A DNA stretch of 64,000 bases from Chrysomallon squamiferum (lineage: Eukaryota > Animalia > Mollusca), in contig CM022672.1 of the NCBI GenBank assembly GCA_012295275.1, forward strand, positions 19,530,001 through 19,594,000, given 5' to 3'. The position numbers and the translations under genes are program-made. The notes under the pieces are model-generated. The model did not search any database. It had not been told where the DNA came from and was given only the letters and a program-made list of their open reading frames with translations. Shown piece after piece: positions 1 to 13,469 of the stretch; position 1 is the first letter of the stretch, and the number at the start of each line of letters is the position of its first letter.

Positions 1-890
1 CTAAACTGATGCAAGAATATTTTCACACCCTTTGAAGTGCATTTATTAAAGTCTGATAAATCAACATAAAAACTACACTATTATATTTTGATGTTCATCA
101 GATGTTTGGGATTTGACAAGAATTTATGTTTGCTGAAAGCAGTGTGTGCCTAAATCATAATTATGAGGTTATTGTTAATTTTTTTGTTTTTTGTTATCTT
201 TTTCTGAAACTTTATTTACATTTCAGTGAAAATTAAATTATTCTGAACCAAAATTCTGAATTTTATTTATGATGATGACGACATTAGCCTTCATGAATTA
301 GTTAATCGAGGTCTAGATGTGTAGAAAAGAATTCTCAATTTTTAGTACTATAAATTATTTTTATGTTTCTGTTTAATACATGCATTGTATTGATGTTTTG
401 AATATTTTATTCAGTTTGATCAGAACTTATAGGAACTGCATATTTTACTGAGTTGATTTAGTTGCACAAAAAAAAAAAAAAAAAAAAAATAAAAAAGCGT
501 TTGTACAAAAATATATAAATAATAAATATGAAGGTTGTTGTGTTTGAGTAAAGTTTTAGTTTCTAAAAATGTATTGAAAAAAGATTAGTTAAAAGAGTTG
601 TTCAGAGATCTTTTATTCTTATTTAATCTATAATGATTTCTTAAAATAATAATAATAATAATCCTGTTTCACCATACCCTTGCTATAAGTATTAAAATTA
701 TTGTCATATTTCCTATACATTTATAATCATATAACGCATATTCTGTCTCAGATTAAGCCTTCAAAAACTAGAGCACCTTTCACCTGTTAAAAAGAAACGG
801 TGTCGCGATAACAAATCTTAAATTAAGATTAAGATTTAATCTGTCATGTAATGAAATTAAATAAATGTTAAAGTACTTAACAAAACGCAC

Positions 891-976
891 CTGTCTCCTA
901 TCCAGTCATGGAACTGAATTTCTCCAGCTGTTGTTGCTGCTTTAAAATTTGGAAAAAGATCTCCAAGATTCACCAT
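891..976 (-). CDS. PRDX6: Peroxiredoxin-6 (1-Cys Prx), coding exon 1; the rest of the gene lies left of the window
   Basis: The reverse strand from ATG 976 reads MVNLGDLFPNFKAATTAGEIQFHDWIGD-(S), the typical Prx6 N-terminus. It ends in phase 2 at a GTGCGT donor (890). Too short for the ORF track. Confidence 0.92.
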
Positions 977-1091
977 TTTGATTCACTAACTAAAGAATTA
1001 GGTACAACCAGACGTTACAACCCAAGCTAAACGTGGCCCGACTTGCTTCAGTAACCTCGATCTCTTCAGCGACGATAACCAGCATATCAAT

Positions 1092-1101
1092 GTCACGTGA
1101 T
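1092..1101. promoter_or_regulatory. E-box/CLEAR-like palindrome GTCACGTGAT upstream of PRDX6
   Basis: Motif about 115 bp upstream of the PRDX6 ATG in a locally CpG-richer segment; function inferred. Confidence 0.4.
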
Positions 1102-1435
1102 TGTACTTTTTGTAGGGCGCCCGTTGGCCGCTTGCGATCAAATCAATGTATAATACGTTCAGCAAATGCTCTGTTGTCCCGTTACTGTAGTAGAAAGTGT
1201 GATCATTATTCATAAGCACGATCTGATTATAAACTTGACAAAATAAGGGACGTAGGTTGTATTTGAATATAATTAAATGTATTTATCAAACGCGTGATTA
1301 ATTTGCCTGTCGTTTGTTCTGTAAATTATAATGACTTCGTACAAAATAAACAATTAAAAAATAAAATATGACATGTTTATAAGAAAATCTAATGTTACAT
1401 TAGGATATTTCGCAGAATTTTAAAAATTTTTTAAA

Positions 1436-1481
<46 letters not shown>

Positions 1482-1589
1482 GGTATTTTCAATAATGTTC
1501 AACACTGTAGCAATAGACAATCCCATTATATTTCGGAAATAATGTATGTAAGATAGTCATAGCTAACATTTTAAATTATCAGTAGCATC

Positions 1590-2470
1590 ATAATCATCAA
1601 TGTGCAGCCTTAGTATCACAATGCTGGGCGAAAGCCTGAACATGTTTCTAAACAGTCCCATTTGCGCTGCCTTCTGCTATTATATGGTTCCTTTCCAGTA
1701 CTCCTCCATTTCATCTCTTCAACGACTCGCTGGTCACTAGATCGTTTTCCTTCGTATGGTTTCCAAGTGATGAGACGCAATTTCCATCGGTTATCTTATA
1801 TAGGTACCGGACCAATTATCCGGACTCCTTGGGGCCTGAGGCAACCGGATTTCTGGATTTTCCGGTTTTCTGGTACCAATGCATCTAAATACGTAAATTA
1901 TTAGGCATAAACATTTTAAAATTAAAAATATAAAGAAAATTGACGATACACAACTGTGGCGACTCGACACGTAAACAGTGCGGCGAGTGAATGAACGCCA
2001 AGTGGCTTGAAAGAGTAGTTCCGGTCTGGTGAGGACAACGCGCGCGAACTATGAAAATAGCGTCGGGAGAAAACTTCTGGTTTTCTAGTCTTTCCGGATT
2101 TCAGGACGCCGGATAATTGGTCCGGTACCTGTATACACTGAAGGGTCATGACCAAGTCCCTTTCCGGTGTCTACTTTGCTCAGTCATATCTGTGACAGCT
2201 GTTTCTTTCTTACCTACGGGTTTATTTTTCTTTTCTAATTTATGATGTTTAATATATTTGTTTCCATCTTTGTGCGGCTGCTAATTTGTTCTTTGCTTAT
2301 TCAGTTAAAGTCCATGTTTCTGCGTCATATGTCTTTGCTGGAGGTACGCATGGCATTAACTCATCTTTTCAAGCAGGTTCTGATGTTCCCCTAGAAGACA
2401 CTGCAGTACTTCTTACAATTTGTTCGTCTTGGTTTTTGTCAATACCCTGTACAAGAGATGTGTCAGAATG
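1590..2470 (-). mobile_element. Decayed RTE-clade LINE, 3' part of ORF2, interrupted by a MITE
   Basis: Minus-strand remnants with stops and frameshifts: PPAKTYDAETWTLT..KNKLAAAQ (about 2270-2345) and DNRWKLRLITWKPYEGKRS..HVQAFAQ (about 1625-1796). A short (CAT)n-like tail lies near 1585-1600. Confidence 0.8.
1801..2131. mobile_element. Tc1/mariner-type MITE (331 bp)
   Basis: 23-bp TIRs TAGGTACCGGACCAATTATCCGG (1801-1823) and CCGGATAATTGGTCCGGTACCTG (2109-2131), 22/23 match. Flanked by TA at 1799-1800 and 2132-2133. Confidence 0.9.
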
Positions 2471-2604
2471 TTGATGACATATATTAATATTGGTGGTTTT
2501 TTTTGTTTGTTTGTTGTTGTTTTTCATTTTTATTTTCATATTCACATTCAGTCCTCATTTTTCACTTTCATCAATTAACATTTCTTGTAGATTATAATAT
2601 GGTA

Positions 2605-3385
2605 TAGTAATAACACGGTTTAACGATGCAATTGGTTCCAAATTTCCGATCATTAAGTGAGGTATCATTAAGCGGGAGACTTTTTTTTTTTTTTTTTTTT
2701 TTTTAAGAATTAAAGTTAAAAACAGAGGTTATGTTGTCGCTGATGAGATTTGACATTAAAAAAAGTTAAATGAGAAATAAAACGGCAATTTAGACATAAA
2801 TGATTTAATAGATCATAGATATTAAACGAAAGGTAAATCATTTACAAATCAGTTTATACATACAGATTAAGAAAAAATTATATGCCGCTCACTGTGGATT
2901 CATTTTTCTGGGTATTGTGTTCATTTAAGACATAGATTTTCAAACTGGGGGGTCGCCAGCCTTTTTTCTGGGGGTCGCGAGATCATTTTTGAGCGAGGGT
3001 ATGTTTTAGCTTTTTTCAACTTGACTTGGAAGGAGGAATAAATAAAAACGTGTAGACAGGTTTTGGACCCGTTGTAGTGAATATAGATTCCTTTTGTACA
3101 GTCTTTGGTTGATGACAATATGGTAACCGTATATATTATTGAATCAAACATTTTAAATAGGGTCATCGGTCATATTGAGTTGCTCATAAGGGTTAGTGGT
3201 ATGAAAAAGGTTGAAAACCAGTGATTTAAGATATGGTATTTTGTTTCTAAAATGATTAAGGAAAGGACTTAAACACATGCATTAAACCCACATGTACCAT
3301 TTATTTCGAACAATTCATTATTAAATCTCTATTTATATAACTTGAGAAAAAAAAAAAAAAAAAATAGCGAAGCGAGGTATTACTG
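2605..3385. mobile_element. Degenerate pogo/Tigger-like MITE containing a nested hAT MITE
   Basis: Imperfect TIRs TAGTAATAACACGGT (2605) and AGCGAGGTATTACTG (to 3385), with TA on both sides. Confidence 0.6.
2931..3223. mobile_element. hAT (Charlie-like) MITE
   Basis: Ends CATAGATTTTCAAACTGGGGGGTCGC and AAAAGGTTGAAAACCAGTG. Perfect 8-bp TSD ATTTAAGA at 2923-2930 and 3224-3231. Confidence 0.85.
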
Positions 3386-3389
3386 TATA

Positions 3390-3575
3390 TCAAAACCTAG
3401 AAATATGTCGTGGTAAATGGCATATTTTGGAGTTTGTTGCTTTCTTTGTGTAGGTGAAACATCATTGAGGTGTTGACGTAGATGTCTTTCAGGATTTTGA
3501 TTTACATATTTTCTAACCCTTATTTTGGGAGCGAGGTCAGCAGTGCTTCAAATGTCACCAAGTCGAAAGCAGAAT
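3390..3575 (-). mobile_element. LINE reverse-transcriptase remnant, probably the upstream continuation of the RTE element
   Basis: Minus strand gives AFD (3562-3570) followed by IKILKDIY (3478-3501), RT-domain motifs in the expected order relative to the 1590-2470 fragment. Confidence 0.6.
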
Positions 3576-4384
3576 GGAATTTAATTGTGGCAATTCTCCT
3601 TTACAGTATGGATATAGTATGTCGTTATCTCCAGCTTGATCACTAAGATAATTTTCATCAAGCCTTTGACAATAATCATATGGGTCTGTAGTTCTTGAGA
3701 GCTTTCATTTCCCATCTTGAAGATTATTGTCATCTAGGCATCTGTCTTTGTTAATCAGTGTACAAGTCAGCTAGCGTAATCGAGATAGGATCTTCTTCGT
3801 TTTTTAATGTTTCAATAATTATGTGGTCTCTGCATGGTGCAATACCATATTAATGTTTATGACTGCTTTCTCCTCACATTGGTATCTTTTTCAGTGCGGT
3901 GTAAATTATGATTCTGTGTTACTGTCACATATAGCTCTGTGTAGAAATGATAATTATCATAATGATGATGATGCCATGATATACATTAAGTAAACGTTTC
4001 ACATATAATAAATTAGAAGCATATATGTATGTTTAAGTGTATTATTTACTTATTTTAAATTTCTTAGAGGTATAATATTAATTTTCTAACGAGCAAATAT
4101 TAAGCTTTCGCAAACATCTTCGTGTTTTTGTACATGTATTATACCTGTATTATACGAAGATGTTTTGAAAAATTATGGTTCAAACAGCTCATGTATTGTA
4201 TAATATTATATAAACACTTTGAATATTGTTCTTTTAAATGAAATTTGAGAAATATAATGTTATGTTATTTTTGTTCGTAAATATCAAGCACAGAAACAGT
4301 GACACAGATATAAAAAGACCAAAAAGGTAACTTAAGAATATTTGATTACTTGAGAATTTCATAGAATTTACTTCCAGCAGAACA

Positions 4385-4403
4385 CAAATGGCGGACCGGA
4401 AGT
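4385..4403 (+). promoter_or_regulatory. YY1-like plus ETS (GABPA/ELK-like) composite core promoter of the RalGDS gene
   Basis: CAAATGGCGGA immediately followed by CCGGAAGT, about 100 bp upstream of ATG 4506. Confidence 0.6.
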
Positions 4404-4505
4404 AGGCTGGGTGTAAAAGTATCACACAAAAGATGTAGTAAAATTGATCAAAAGAAGATCAAACGATGTCTAAAATACGTTTTAGACTTTTGACGTGACT
4501 AAGGA

Positions 4506-7500
4506 ATGGACACGGGGAAACCCGACAATCAGGTAATTCATATGAAAACCTTCACAGGAAATTATTTTGATCTACGTAGGTTCTAACGGAGCTGCTACTC
4601 GGTCTGTTTTCCAATATGTTATAACTGTCAGATTACACAGTTTACCGTTTTTGAGTATATTGAATTTTTAAAATAAGAATACAGAACAAATACATGTTCT
4701 GTTCCAGCTGATCATTAAACAAAACAACCTTCAGTGTTTTGTTTTTTTATTGTTTATAAAATATAAAGGTTCATTAACAGTCGTCCATTTTTGTTTTTCT
4801 TTTCTTTTAAGTTAATATTATTTTTATTTAAATTATTGAACTACATTTAAGTTTTTCAAATCTAAACTAGCTAGAAATACGATACACAAATATATATATG
4901 GTAAAAAGAGTAATCATAAAATCATAGTGAAGAATTAATGTACCTTATTCACTTTACTATATAAATCAAATAATAAAATGAAAATTTAATGCTTATTAAT
5001 TTTGGTAAGGAAGAAATAGAGTATAATGTTAATATTTGTTATGTATTCATTGCTTCAGGATGATGTTACAAAATTTTGGCGCGAAGAACGAGAAGAAGGA
5101 GCTGTTTATAGTGCTTATTTGAAAAGAGTAACATATCGATCACAGGCAAGGGTAAGTTATTTGAGGTACTTTTACCTTAATATTTTTGGCACTTTTCCAA
5201 GTCCATATCTCATTTTCTATCACTGTTTTGACTGCAAAATATGCTCAAAACATAAAATTTCAAATTAACTAAATTTGCTAAATGTACTTTGGTTGTTTCA
5301 AATATATTGCATTATTTGTTATGTATTCTCAGACTTAGGTGATGATAAATTTATATAAAATAGACAGTTTATGAGCATATGAATTATGATTTCCCATTTT
5401 TTTTTTTTTTTTTTTTTGTAAAGTTTTATCACATCATCATTTCTTTCATAAAATAAGAGAAAAAAGTCTGTAAGATTAAGTAGAATTTCAAACCTTAGCT
5501 TGTCAGTGATTTCTTTTTCACATTTTGATGAATAACTTAGTGAATAAAGCAAACATTTTACTATGGTTTATTTTTCTCAAATTACATGATTACTTTTAGT
5601 TTAAATTTAATAAACGAACAAGATAAACAAGTTAATTAATTTTTTAATTTTTAATATTAAAGATTTCTCTTTCTATACTTCATAAATATCCATTCATGAA
5701 CTGTAAGAAATTAGGTTTACCTGTTTGAAATATTTATTATATGATGAGAATCACCTATTCCTGCAGCTTGAAGATGAGCATGACAGAGAATTTTCCCACT
5801 TAATGTGGGAGACACAGAAGATTCGTGTCATAAAAGCGGGGACATTGGAGAAACTTGTCGAGAGTTTGGCTACTGTTCGGGGGGAGCTGGACTCCACCTA
5901 TGTGAACATTTTCCTTGCAACATATCGCACTTTTGCTACAGCAAGACAAGTTCTGGATCTCATAATCAGAAGGTACTAATTTCATAACTGTATTTGTGAC
6001 TAAATTTACAGTTATTATTATTGTGGTTTGTTGTTGTTAATGTTGTTGATGTTGTTTGAACCTGTTTTGCATTACATATACTGATAGGTTTGATGACAGT
6101 ACTTTGTTAATTTAAATCTTTATTTTAAAATGGTTATTAAGATAATATATAAAAAAAAATAATATTATAAATTATTTTTTTCAGATACAAAATTTTAAAG
6201 TCTTGTTGTAAGGATGATAAAACAGAAGTTAATGAACTACAACTCAAGTAAGTTATCTCTTAATCATAATAAATATGAATTAAAAATTAAAATCATACAT
6301 ATTCATAATTGTGTTTATGAATATTAAATTTTTTGACAAGCATTTCTTTTGACGAAGTCCAAAAAATGATTAAAAGTCATGATATGTTTAAAAAAATTTA
6401 AAGATGAATAAATTGAAAAATAGTCTTGAATTACACTCAATTTAAAAAATAAAACAATAAAAAAATAAAAATGCCCCCCCACAAAAAAAACAAAAAAAAA
6501 AACACTTATAAAGAAATTTATAGTAGTAGATACATATATTTAACATAACAGTAACACATTTTAGTGTTGTGTTAATTTTAAATAATTTTGAGTGATTACA
6601 GACAATGTGACTGTAACTTTCAGAACTCTGAGGTCTGTGATCTCAGTGTGGTTGGACACGTATCCTGATGATTTCAACGAAGATCCGGACTATCCATGTC
6701 TCCATCTTCTCGAAAAGTTTGTTCAGTGTCACATACCAGACAGTGATCTTGCTGTGCGAGCTCGGCATAAGATAGAGCGTTTCAAGAAAGAACATGCAGG
6801 TCATGATGGTAAGAATGTTTTTTTTTTTTTTTTTTTTATCACTATTCAAATTTGAACATATTACAGTCAGAATTTGTTTTTTTTTAACCTGTGCATCTTC
6901 ATTTACAGTTCAAATTAAAGATAATCAATAAATTTGTATCGTGAAGTTACATGGGTTATTTGCTTTCAGATTCTAAGAAAATGTAAACCAAAATAAGAAA
7001 TATATTTGTGGCCTTTATTCTTAGACCAGTGACTGGAATTCTGATATAACTTTTGATGGGTGTGTGGGTGTGGGTGTGGGTGTATATTCTTACAAAAATG
7101 TAAAAGGTTGAAGTTAGACATTATTTTAGTCCATAAAAACAAGACTAGTAGGTTTCTCAATGCCATTTACCTAGTAATGATATTAGCTTGTACTGAGATG
7201 AGCCATTGGTCATTTAGAAGCCACTTTATATTAGAAAAAATACCCTAGTTGAAAAGTAAAGATTGACATTTTAATTATTTCCAAAAGCTGAACTAAATCA
7301 AATGGGAATACAAATATTCTGTAGAATGTATTTTAGATACAAGTCTAGTCCATTTAAAATGATCACTTTTGAATGCTGTTTATATTTTACAGGACAGATT
7401 GAGTTTAAATTTTCCATTTGTGATGAAGTGGATCGTATGATAGAAAGAGAATACCACAAACCTTTAGTGTTTCTGGAGATCAACAACAAGCACTTTGCAG

Positions 7501-10500
7501 AACAACTCACGTGTAGAGATGCTGTATGTATCATTTGTTATTATTTGTGAGACAAAATAATCTGAAGATGAAACATTTAATTAGAAAATGTAGTAAGTCA
7601 GCAATGCTGAGACTGAGAAATTATTACCATATTTGTTATCATCATTTTTGTGTTTTTAGTGCCGAATTTTATAAAACATTTATAAATTATAACCTGAATG
7701 CTATATGAGATAGTATTATTTTTGTTATTTAATTAATGTATGTCAACATTTCTAATTAATTGTATTTTTTCAATGTTATTGCCAGTTACAAATCAGTTAT
7801 ACTGATCTTGTTTTAATACAAGTGAACTGCACCTCAAATCTATTTTTTCACTTTTGTTTCAAGGGTTTTATTACTGCTGTTAAAAACATAATAAATAATA
7901 AAAAAAAAATATATATATATACACTGTTATTGATTAACAGTATCAGAAAGTCATGTTCTAAGTGTATTTTCTAAAAGTGTTGTAAAACATTTATTTCAGG
8001 AATTGTTTCGCAAAGTTATTCCTCATCACTGTCTTGGTGCCGTGTGGTCTAGAAGGGGCAGGTCTGACAGCAAGGAAGGGGCTAGTGTTCTGGCTACTAT
8101 ACAGCAATTTAACAGAGTGTCATTACGGGTCATAGCCATAATTCTGAAAACGTCAAAACTGAAATCCTCACAACGAGCCAAATTGTTACAGAAATGGATT
8201 CTTATTGCTCAAGTAGGAAGGCTTGTATTTATTGTAATGAGAAAAAAAGAAAAAAACAATTCTTTCTCATATATATAGTAATTCACCTACTTGTCACTTT
8301 GTATAAGTCTGTCTATTTACCCACATTATAATTCTGATTGACTAAACCTTTATACTTGTGTTGTCCAAGCTGTAAATTAAAGTTGTATCATTTTTATATA
8401 ACCACACTCTACAACAAGATAATGTATGGACTGAGCATTATTAAAATTACCTAGCTTTACTTGGTTTCTTCATTTTTCTGTTTCAGCAGATTGTTACCAT
8501 ATCTTAAGTCAAACATTAGTAATAGTATATAGTTAAAATTTTAAAAAACTTTTTTTTTTCAAAATCCAGGTATCAATGAATATTCTTTTTTCATTATGCT
8601 AGGTTGATAAATGTAAATTATTTTTTATTTCATCTTCAGGAACTCAGAGAGCTGAAGAACTTTTCGTCTCTGAGGGCCATTATCTCAGGTTTACAGTCAC
8701 ACCCAGTCTACAGGCTCAGGAGGTCGTGGAGTGCTTTGTCAAAGTAAGATACTTGACCAACCCTTCAAATACTGATTTTCAGTGATAATGAGATGATGAG
8801 GTTTTGTGGAATTTGTAATTAAATTCTTGTATTTGTGTGTGAGAGTTTGTGTTGTTGTTGGGTTGGATGCATATATGTTTTGAGGGGTGGGAGGTACCTG
8901 TGTAGTGGGTTATATGTTTGGTTGTTTGGTTGGATGTGTGTGTGTGTGTGTGTGTGAGAGAGAAAAGAAGGGAGTGAATGAGTAAGTGAATGTTTGCATG
9001 TATTGGAAACGAAGGTACCAACAATGTTCTAGTTTAATAATCATTGTATCTATAAATTAATAACAGTTTTGTTAATATCCATTGTGAAGTCTTATTGACT
9101 TAAATGAACTGGTGAAAATGTAGTTTTTCTGTCAGTTCTATTTCCATTAAAACTTGCTGCTTTTCAGATATTAAATTTTCAACCTGTTACCAATGTTGCT
9201 TTATTTTAATAATATTTCTTTAATGGATTTATTTATCTTTTGACAGAGAGGCTATGATTCTGTTTGAAGAATTGTCTGAAATATTCTCAGGTGAAAACAA
9301 TCAAATCAACTCCAGAGAGCTTCTCATGAAGGTTAGAAATAATTTTTTTTTTTTTTTTTTCTTTTTTTACATTTTAAAATTTAATATTCATGTCAAAAAT
9401 CTTACTGCAGGATTTTGGAGTAAACTGTTCAGTGAATAAAGCAATGACTATTGATATGCCAGATAAGATACTTTTTTTTTTTTTTTTTTTTTAAAAAGAA
9501 AGAAAGAAAAAAGAAGACCTTAATTGGGAGGTGCATGATTTATTATTGCTTATTACTTACAGATTAATTTGTAATTTGATTACAGATATGTATCAGAAAT
9601 AAGCCAGTTTTGATATATCCCAGATAATGAATTAAAAAATTATTTGTTAACATTTTATTGCTTATGAATATGCACACATTTTGTATGGGTAACTTCTGTC
9701 CCACATATTAATGGTAGTACTTTCCACTGGATGACACATATTTAAAGTGTTCTGTTGTGGGTTATTTTCTTTTTCAGTAATATTAAAAATGACTTTGTCA
9801 TAATGTTATGATTTATTGTTTAATTTTCCAGGAGGCAACAGCCAAGTTTCCTGACCTTGACAGTCATCACAAGACTCTCAAACGAAAGAATATGCAGAAA
9901 CGACAGTCATGGATTGAAAATGTAAAAACTGTTAAAGTTTTGATCAAATTTTTAACTGTCAGTGGTTATGATATTATCAGTGCATGTATTTTTATTAGTT
10001 CTTTGTTTCATTAGTTAATTTTTTTTATTGTTATTATTAATATTTTTTAAACTTCACTGGAAGGATCTGTAATTTAATTTATGCATTAATCAGAAGCCTG
10101 TTTCCAGTGGTAATCTGTTCCTCCAAAAAGAAATAGCTCCCCTCCCAAAACCCCAACACTGACACAAATAATTATTACAGTAATATTTGGTAGGAAGTTG
10201 AAATTACTTTCTCTACATAATGTCGAAATTCAAAACTTCTGTTACTTGTGTTTAAAATAAATGGCATGTTGTGATAAACTGACATTATTTAGAAATTAAC
10301 AAATCCTCTTGTTGATGAGTTTTCATTTTTCACACAGGACATATTTTCAGGAAATAGTAGTGTATTTATTACCATTATTATTTTAAATTCTGTCACACAT
10401 AGGACAGCTTATGGACCTATACTCTTTATTATTATTATTATTATTATTACTATATAATTTTAATTTTTTTTTCATGCACAGCATAATTTTGGGAACTCTA

Positions 10501-13430
10501 CTGAATTTATTATTATTTTATTTTATTTCTCACAGGGCATAGTGCAGGGTACTGTTCCGTACCTGGGTACCTTCCTCACTGATCTCACCATGATTGACAC
10601 AGCTCACCCCGACATGACAGAGGATGGGCTGATCAACTTTGAGAAACACAGGAAAGAGTTTGAAGTTCTAGCTCAGTTGAAACTGTTGCAGTCAGCTGCT
10701 CAGATCTACAGCATCAAACCTGATGACAGTTTCTGGGTTTGGTTTGATGCAGTCAGAGTATACAGTGAAAGTGAAAGGTTATTTTTTATTGCTTTTTTAA
10801 CTTCTCATTTCAACAACCAATTCAAAAGCAAAAACGTTTATTATGATTTTGTTTTCTTTTGATTTTTTTCTTTCTTAATTATTGTGCTCTGAATAATGAA
10901 ATATTTGAGTTTTTTTATTTGTTTTCTTATATAATAAGTTTATTACTATTGTCAAATGTTAACTTAATTGTACTGTCATACACAGGCCAAAAATTAGCAT
11001 GTCTTAAAGTAATTTCATTTAGTACAGTACAGGCCTAATTAATATGGATGCAACTATTCTCTAGTAATTTTATAGATAGCATAATAATTCAGAAACTTGG
11101 TACCTGTAAGGAATGTAATGAGTTGAAATTGTTTTGATCCATAATTAATTGAAGGTTGGATGGTTTTCTTTAAATTAAATCTATTCATATATATTTGTGT
11201 GTTTTTTTGTTTTAAGTGTGTGTTTGATTTACTAGTAATTCCTTATTATTACAGGATGCTATAGTTTTTGAGTTACTGGAATGTTAATTTTATATTGTGT
11301 TATATGTTCTGCAGTCACGAAATGTCTTGTGAAATTGAACCCCCTGTCGAAGGCTCAGCCAGAATCAAAAAGAAGTCCGCCAGGTAAAGTTACATATTTT
11401 AATTATCTCAAAAATCAATTTCACATAAACTGAGCAATGTTTTATATGTTTAATATGTTCAGAGATCTTTATTTCATCTGAATGTTTAAAAGTTTTTAGG
11501 ATGTTATATTGTAGGAACGAATTCAAACAATAAGAAACAAACTTCAAATTTATTTTGTTATTTTATTTAGTTGTTAATATAAAAATAAACCCACAATTGT
11601 TCTTCATTTTCACTCATCAGAATCTAACGTCAGTTTAAAAAACAAAAATGCAGAAATTAATTTGAGAACAGTGTTTATAAAAAAAATGAAATGTAAATAT
11701 TTGAGCAACTACTGTAAAAATAAAAACTGATATTGAAATCTAATTGAATTTCTGCTTACTTCAGTTGTGTGTCTTTAAGGTAGGTGTGCATGACTAGGGT
11801 CATTTGCTTTTGGTGTCAGAATGAAAAGGTTGAAAGGGGGTGAAATGTCCTTATTTAAAACACCTTTATTGATTTATTATCCCAAGGTGATGGGTTGCCA
11901 GCAGCTGCTAATTTATTACCAATCTGCTTAGAAGCTACCATGATGTGTTTTTGAGATATTTCTTTGTTATTTAGAAGTTTCTGTTTTGTTTATAGTTTCA
12001 GAATTTCAGGGGTTTTATTTATTTTTTTATTCTGGGATTTTTTTTTTTTTTTTTTACTGTATGTAGCATTTCGTAGAATATTTAAACATTTTATTTACAG
12101 TGAAACCGTCACAGAAACGAATAAGATTCAAGATAAAACAGTCATAAAGTTTTAAAATTCCACTACAGACACACAAAACAATAAGTTATAACCAGAATTG
12201 TAATAATACATAAATGAAATTATTCTGAACAAATTAGTAATTTATTAGCCAAATGGAGTATGTAATGTCCATGCAGAACTGCACAAAACTACCAAACAAA
12301 AGGTTTTATGTATTCTCATTTCCACAGAGGTTAGTTTTGATTTGTTCCTCTAGCCATACATCACTGTATTATTTGTCTGAATGTCATTAAACTAGTTATT
12401 TTTCACATTATGGTTTTAAAAAATTCCAGATATTTATGTAAAATGTTGCTTGCTGACCACTAATAGTGTATATAATAAATAGAATATTTTAACACGACTG
12501 AAAGACACTTCACAGTTCTCAGGCCACTCAAACAAGGATTTTCCAAACATTTTAGTTTCCGTGTATATTTTTTTTTTTTTTTTTTCATGTTTAGACTTAC
12601 TCCACTTGAAATTGCTTTCGCTCAGAGTCTGAGGTGAGACTACAGAGATAAAGTTTATTTACATATCTACTAATAAGCTGTTACTAATTAATATGTTAAA
12701 TGGGTTTGCTTGTGAATTTGTAATTTGTTTTTTTATTATTATTTTTATATTTTTTTTTTCAAATAATGTATTTCTAATAATTAGGTTTTATATATTGTAT
12801 ATTTTTTATTGTTGACTTTATTAATATGGTCTGGAAATTGGTAATAATATAAAGGCTTTGTTAAGGCTTTATTAAGGCTTCTGCATTACAACTAATCCTT
12901 GTATATCTTTCATTTTGTATATTAGCACAAATAACAACAGTTCTTTATTTGTAATAATTTTGTTGGTGAATGATTAGTGTTTATTACATTTATTTTATTA
13001 GATTTATATTAATAAAAATTATTACAGTCTATAAAAAAAAAAATGAAAAAAACTAGAAATTACTTGTTTTAAATGATAATTAATTACAATAAAATATAAA
13101 GTTGGAAAGATACCAAAGTATTAGGAGATATTAAGAAAACAAAACAACCAAAAACTTGTTATTCAAAGTTTTCAGAATATTTGTGTGATAGAGCTGTGAA
13201 AAAAATTATTAAAATATAATTATATATATAACATACAAAACATGAGGTGATGCCAACTAGATTTATTTCATAGTATTATTTGTCTTTGATTTCATATTAA
13301 AGGAGGGAAAACATTAATAAGCAGTTTGCATTACATATTCAAAATTTTTGTTTATAATTAAATGTGTTCTTTACCGTTTATTTATTTATTTATTTATTTG
13401 TTTATTTATTTATTTTGTTTATTTGTTTGT

Positions 13431-13469
<39 letters not shown>

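Noticed and set aside
908-1030. Plus-strand ORF MELNFSSCCCCFKIWKK.. that looked like a palmitoylated alternative N-terminus for RalGDS
   Set aside because: It is the antisense of PRDX6 exon 1 and has no phase-compatible donor for RalGDS exon 2.
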